This document shows positions 59,425 to 64,000 of a stretch of DNA of 64,000 nt, in pieces. Positions within the stretch are counted from its first letter, which is position 1, and every line of letters starts with the position of its first letter. The notes under the pieces are model-generated. The model saw nothing but the letters and a program-made list of their open reading frames with translations. It was not told the origin of the DNA and did no database searches. This DNA is from the human T2T-CHM13v2.0 reference genome, Homo sapiens, in assembly GCF_009914755.1 (NCBI RefSeq), contig NC_060933.1; one strand, given 5' to 3'. The position numbers were made by a program, and so were the translations under genes.

Positions 59425-61261
59425 CTACAAAAACGGGAAGAACAGAGGCCTTTGAGAATGGGGTTGGGGGTAAACACACTTCTGCCTTGAGAGCACAGAA
59501 GCTGAGCTTCGCACAGCATTACAACAAAGAATAGAATGCCTACTGTTGAAAGTGTCGAAAATCCCATCAGAACACCTTTGATTTCTTTCAATGTGCACTT
59601 ATCGGAGGATGCAATCACTGGCGTGTTTATAACAAACACAGTTCTGCAGATGGCCCAGGAATTGGCTGAACCAATTAAATCTGAATGCTAAAAGACCGTC
59701 TGCAGCCAAGGCAGAGAATGAACAATCTGGAGAAACATATTTATAGGAGGGGAAGGGGGAGAAACCTGGCAAGAATCCCCATGCACGTCTGTGTGCAGTT
59801 AACCTCTGTTGTTAACACTGAAGGAAATGCCACCCAGTAAATGGAGGAGAGCTATAAAAATAAAACAACATCTGTATAAATTTTGCTAACACTAGCCTCC
59901 TATGACCTGTGGATTCAAAAAATGCCCAGCGCCAGAAAGTGCAAGGGACGAGTGCACACCCTCAAGCCTCGCCAGGTGATCTTATTCCCGGAGGTCGTAG
60001 TACTCCGCACGCCGCGTCCTCTGCGTGGCCAAATGTGCTCCCTCGGCAGGAGGGCTTGTGGGCTTTGCTGAGGTGGGGAACTCTGTGGGACTCAGTATGT
60101 GTTTGTACGTTTTATATACATAGAAAAATTCCGTTTCCTGTTTATTTTAGATTCAGGCCTCATTCCTCGCTTTGGGTCTTTTTTAAACAAAATGAAAAAC
60201 ACCAGTGACAGCGGCTCCTAGAGAAGGAGTGAAGGAAGAAGGAGCAGGGAGAGAGTGAGAGAACTGGATTTCGGGGATCTGGATTCAATTAATCCACAGG
60301 ATATGTAACAACTGCATGTCCTCAACACATCCCTGGAATCAAACAGCGCAGCCCGTGGCCTCTGTGCATGCAGCACGCCTTTCTCCCTCCCGGGAGGAGG
60401 AAATGGTATCTGGGGGTCTGGCCCAATCCCATTTGTCCCACAGTATCCCTGGTCCCTCGCCCAGCCCTGCTGCCTGGGCACTTTCCTGGTGTCTCTGAGG
60501 CAGACTCCTCTGCCTGCATCCTTGGGAAACGTGATGGTCTGCTGCCTGCTGCTGTGAGCTCAGAGTTTCACACTCCATAACAACTCTGAACAATGTACTT
60601 TGTAAATCTGTCACCTTGAATGCCAGCAAAAAAGGGGAGACAATAAACATAGCTGCTGAGAAGATCATTAGCATGACGGTTTTCTGCCTGAAGGTGAAGC
60701 AAGCAAGCTACAAAGAGCCAAGGGAAGAGGCTCCGAGGAAGCTGAGGTAGCCCGGGCCCCGTGCAATTGGAGGAGTCCAAAACACACTCCTGAACACACC
60801 TGCAGAACCAAAAGGGGTATGCTGGAATCCAAATGGCAGCAAGAAGATGCAAACACAAGTGGAGAATATGATTCCCAAACAGAAACGGTTATTACTGCAG
60901 GAGTGAGCAGAATGGCGCAGCCACTCTGATTCCAAGGGTGCACATTTCCGTTTGCTTCACTCATCACAGAGCGATCTGTCTACTCCTGGGGCCAGGGCCA
61001 CCCAAAGATCTCAAATGTAACAAATCTTCCCATCCTTCTGTCACCTCTCCAATCTCCTAACCCACCCACCTACCCCAAATTCTGCTCATCCAAATGACTG
61101 CTACCCAAGAAATCCATCTTTCCAAGCTTGAATACCATCAAGACCAACAAGGTACCGAGTCCTAGAACTGAAAGAATCACACGCCGCTGCATTTCTAACA
61201 TTGGAAAGAGCCTGCACTCTCTTGGCTGCACTTTATTCTGACAATTGTTCTGGTGGTAGGA

Positions 61262-61335
61262 ACACGCCTGTCCCATTTGACAGATGAGGAAAGTGAGGTG
61301 CACTGGCTGGCCTGAGGTCACACAATTAGCTGGTG
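61262..61335. mobile_element. MIR fragment in intron 16
   Basis: cccatttgacagatgaggaaagtgagg...cctgaggtcacacaattag. Confidence 0.7.
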
Positions 61336-61418
61336 GGAGGAGGTGAATTAGAGTCACCCAATATTCTTTCTACCAGCTCCCAGTGCCTTAGGTCTCCAGA
61401 GAGCACAGGGTGGGGTCA

Positions 61419-61838
<420 letters not shown>

Positions 61839-64000
61839 TCAAAAGGGGGGAAGGAGATTATCTGTTTCTATGAAACAAATACTCATATTTTATCTTAAGA
61901 AAAACCACTCTCCTCCTTTCGCCCCATGACAATTACAAAAGAAGGCAAGAGTGCGACGGAAAGACACGCACCAGGGTCATTAACCGTTTCGTGCCACTCG
62001 GGGTGCTAAGTCATGAGTTCTTCAATACAACCAGAAATTCCACACAGAGGGGAAAAAGCACATTCAAACTCCCCCAACTTCAAACAGCAGCTCAGCTGCT
62101 TCTGGAGCCCAGGGTGAGCGAACACGATTCTGTCAATTTGTTCCATCTGTTCGACTTGTGGAGCTAACACAAGCTGTGGGATCCGCTGCCAGGTTGTGTA
62201 AAGATCACAGCCAACACCTATTCACTCTCGACTGCTCTCTTCCTCTCTGCCACCCTTCCTCAGGAGAGGGGGTGGAGGAGAAGGAAGGGAAGGCGCTCGT
62301 GTGCACGCAGGGAAATACCTCACAGGGTAAATTTGGATCCGATTGAGAACAGGAAGCCACAGGCCAATACAAGGAGGCTCTGTGAGAACAGATGACAAAC
62401 CACAAGCCGGGGAGGGGGAGGAAAGAGCTTTCTGGGCCTGGGGGATGGGCGAGCCCGCCAGCACACCACACACAGCTGCGCTTGGCCTCAGTAATCAAAA
62501 CCATCATTACAGACCTGACGGTTTGGCTGCAGCTGTAAAGAGATAAGCATGTTGGAAGAGAAAACAGGGCCCCGGTGACCCGGCCTTAGGGTCTGAGCGC
62601 TGGCTGGTGCGCACGCTCTCCGGGACACCCCCCTCCCCCCACCCACCCTTGCCCCTCCCAGCCACCTCCCAAGTAGAGCTCCCAAGCCCCAGCAGCTCAG
62701 GAAACCACAGCTTTTGAACAAGCTGTACATGTATGGGTTGGACACGGCTAGTAAGAAGGGAGAAGCGTTTATTTCATTTCGGGACATGCCTTGGATGATT
62801 TCAAAGGCTTCAAAAAAAATCTGGTTGCGTTAGTGCTCAGAATGGTTAAGCTCTTGGGGTCTGAAGTGTGGGGAGGGAGGGGGAGCACAGGCCCCCTTCT
62901 GTCTCTCTAAGAAGCGAAACCCTCCTTCTGACACTACTGGCTAGAGGAACAATTTGGGGATGACAGTGGGCTCGGTGGTGAAAGGAGTCTGTGTCAGGGT
63001 GAGCGTGGAGGGGAGACGGGACAGGAGACCACCGGGTGGGCCGTGCACCTCTCAGACAGACGGGTTTTCATAGGGAGGCATGCACACACAGGGTACTGAG
63101 CAGATGTTATTTTATTACTGAAAGCCCTTTCTTTCTGTTTTTGAAAAACAATAAACAGCAGAAGAAAAATTACTGCGCCTCCTTTCCCCTCAAAAAGGGA
63201 GGCCTCGTCTGTTTTCCTCGCTGTAACAATTTTCATGATGTCATGACGTGTCCTGGGCTTTAAGCCCCTCTCCCTTAACCAGCTAATCCTGAAGAGAGGC
63301 TCACACTTGGTGAGTGTGGGGTGGCGCTGGGCATCCCACGGCAACCAAGGGACAGCCCCGTTAGAGTTAATCACTCCGGCTTCACAGATGGAGGAACTGA
63401 GTCTTGGAAAGGGGAGACTGGAGGGGGCCACCCAGCAGGTGAGTGTTGGATGGAGCTCAAACCCAGGCAGCAAGTCACCAGAGGCAGCTGGAGCCACTCA
63501 CTGGCCTACAGTGCGGGGACACACCGTGGTACCCAAGGATGTGTCAAAGGCAGGAGTAAGACAAGCAGGTTCAACTCCAGCATCAATAACATCTGGTGGC
63601 AAACGGGGTCCCCAAAATCTGGGGGCGGTTTTATGATATTCACACACAAAGACTTCTGGGACACCCGAGGGTGAAACAAAGGAAGAAAGATCCTATCTGG
63701 GGAGGTCAGCCTTGCTGGAAACTCGATTCAACTCAGAATCCACACTGCTGGTCACTTAGGTGCCATTCACTCTACTGGGGGTTCAAAGATGAATACGAAA
63801 CAGTCATCGACTTTCTGGAACAGTTAAGTTCTTTCCCCATTACTACAGTATTTTCTGACTAATCACCAAAAAGCTCAAGTAACAAGGGGCTGGCCTAAGC
63901 ACATGTACAAGGTACGACCCTGGATACAAAACAAGGGATAAGGTTGGGTTTCCACTGCCCTTTAGCCAGTGCTTCATATTCCAATGCATGCACACTCTAG

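Overview
Human (primate) genomic DNA. The right third holds the 3' part of PTCH1 (Patched-1, Hedgehog receptor) on the minus strand: eight coding exons (16-23 in the usual numbering, all GT-AG, 1784 coding nt that splice in frame to ...RGSSSN-stop) and a ~3.4 kb non-coding last exon ending near 42,620. The left two thirds are repeat-rich downstream flank: a decayed 4.7 kb L1PB-type LINE, about 18 Alus, MaLR LTRs, DNA-transposon relics, a metallothionein retrocopy nested in a MER2 element, and an orphan CpG island near 26.3-26.6 kb. I found no convincing new protein-coding system. The most unexplained structures are a ~150 bp inverted repeat with an adjacent perfect 19 bp hairpin (39.5-40.6 kb), a motif-duplicating CpG island, a still-open metallothionein ORF, a 20-unit GGAA microsatellite, and the PTCH1 Leu1315 allele. 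Repeat subfamilies, exon numbers and literature links come from recall, not from a search, and repeat boundaries are approximate.
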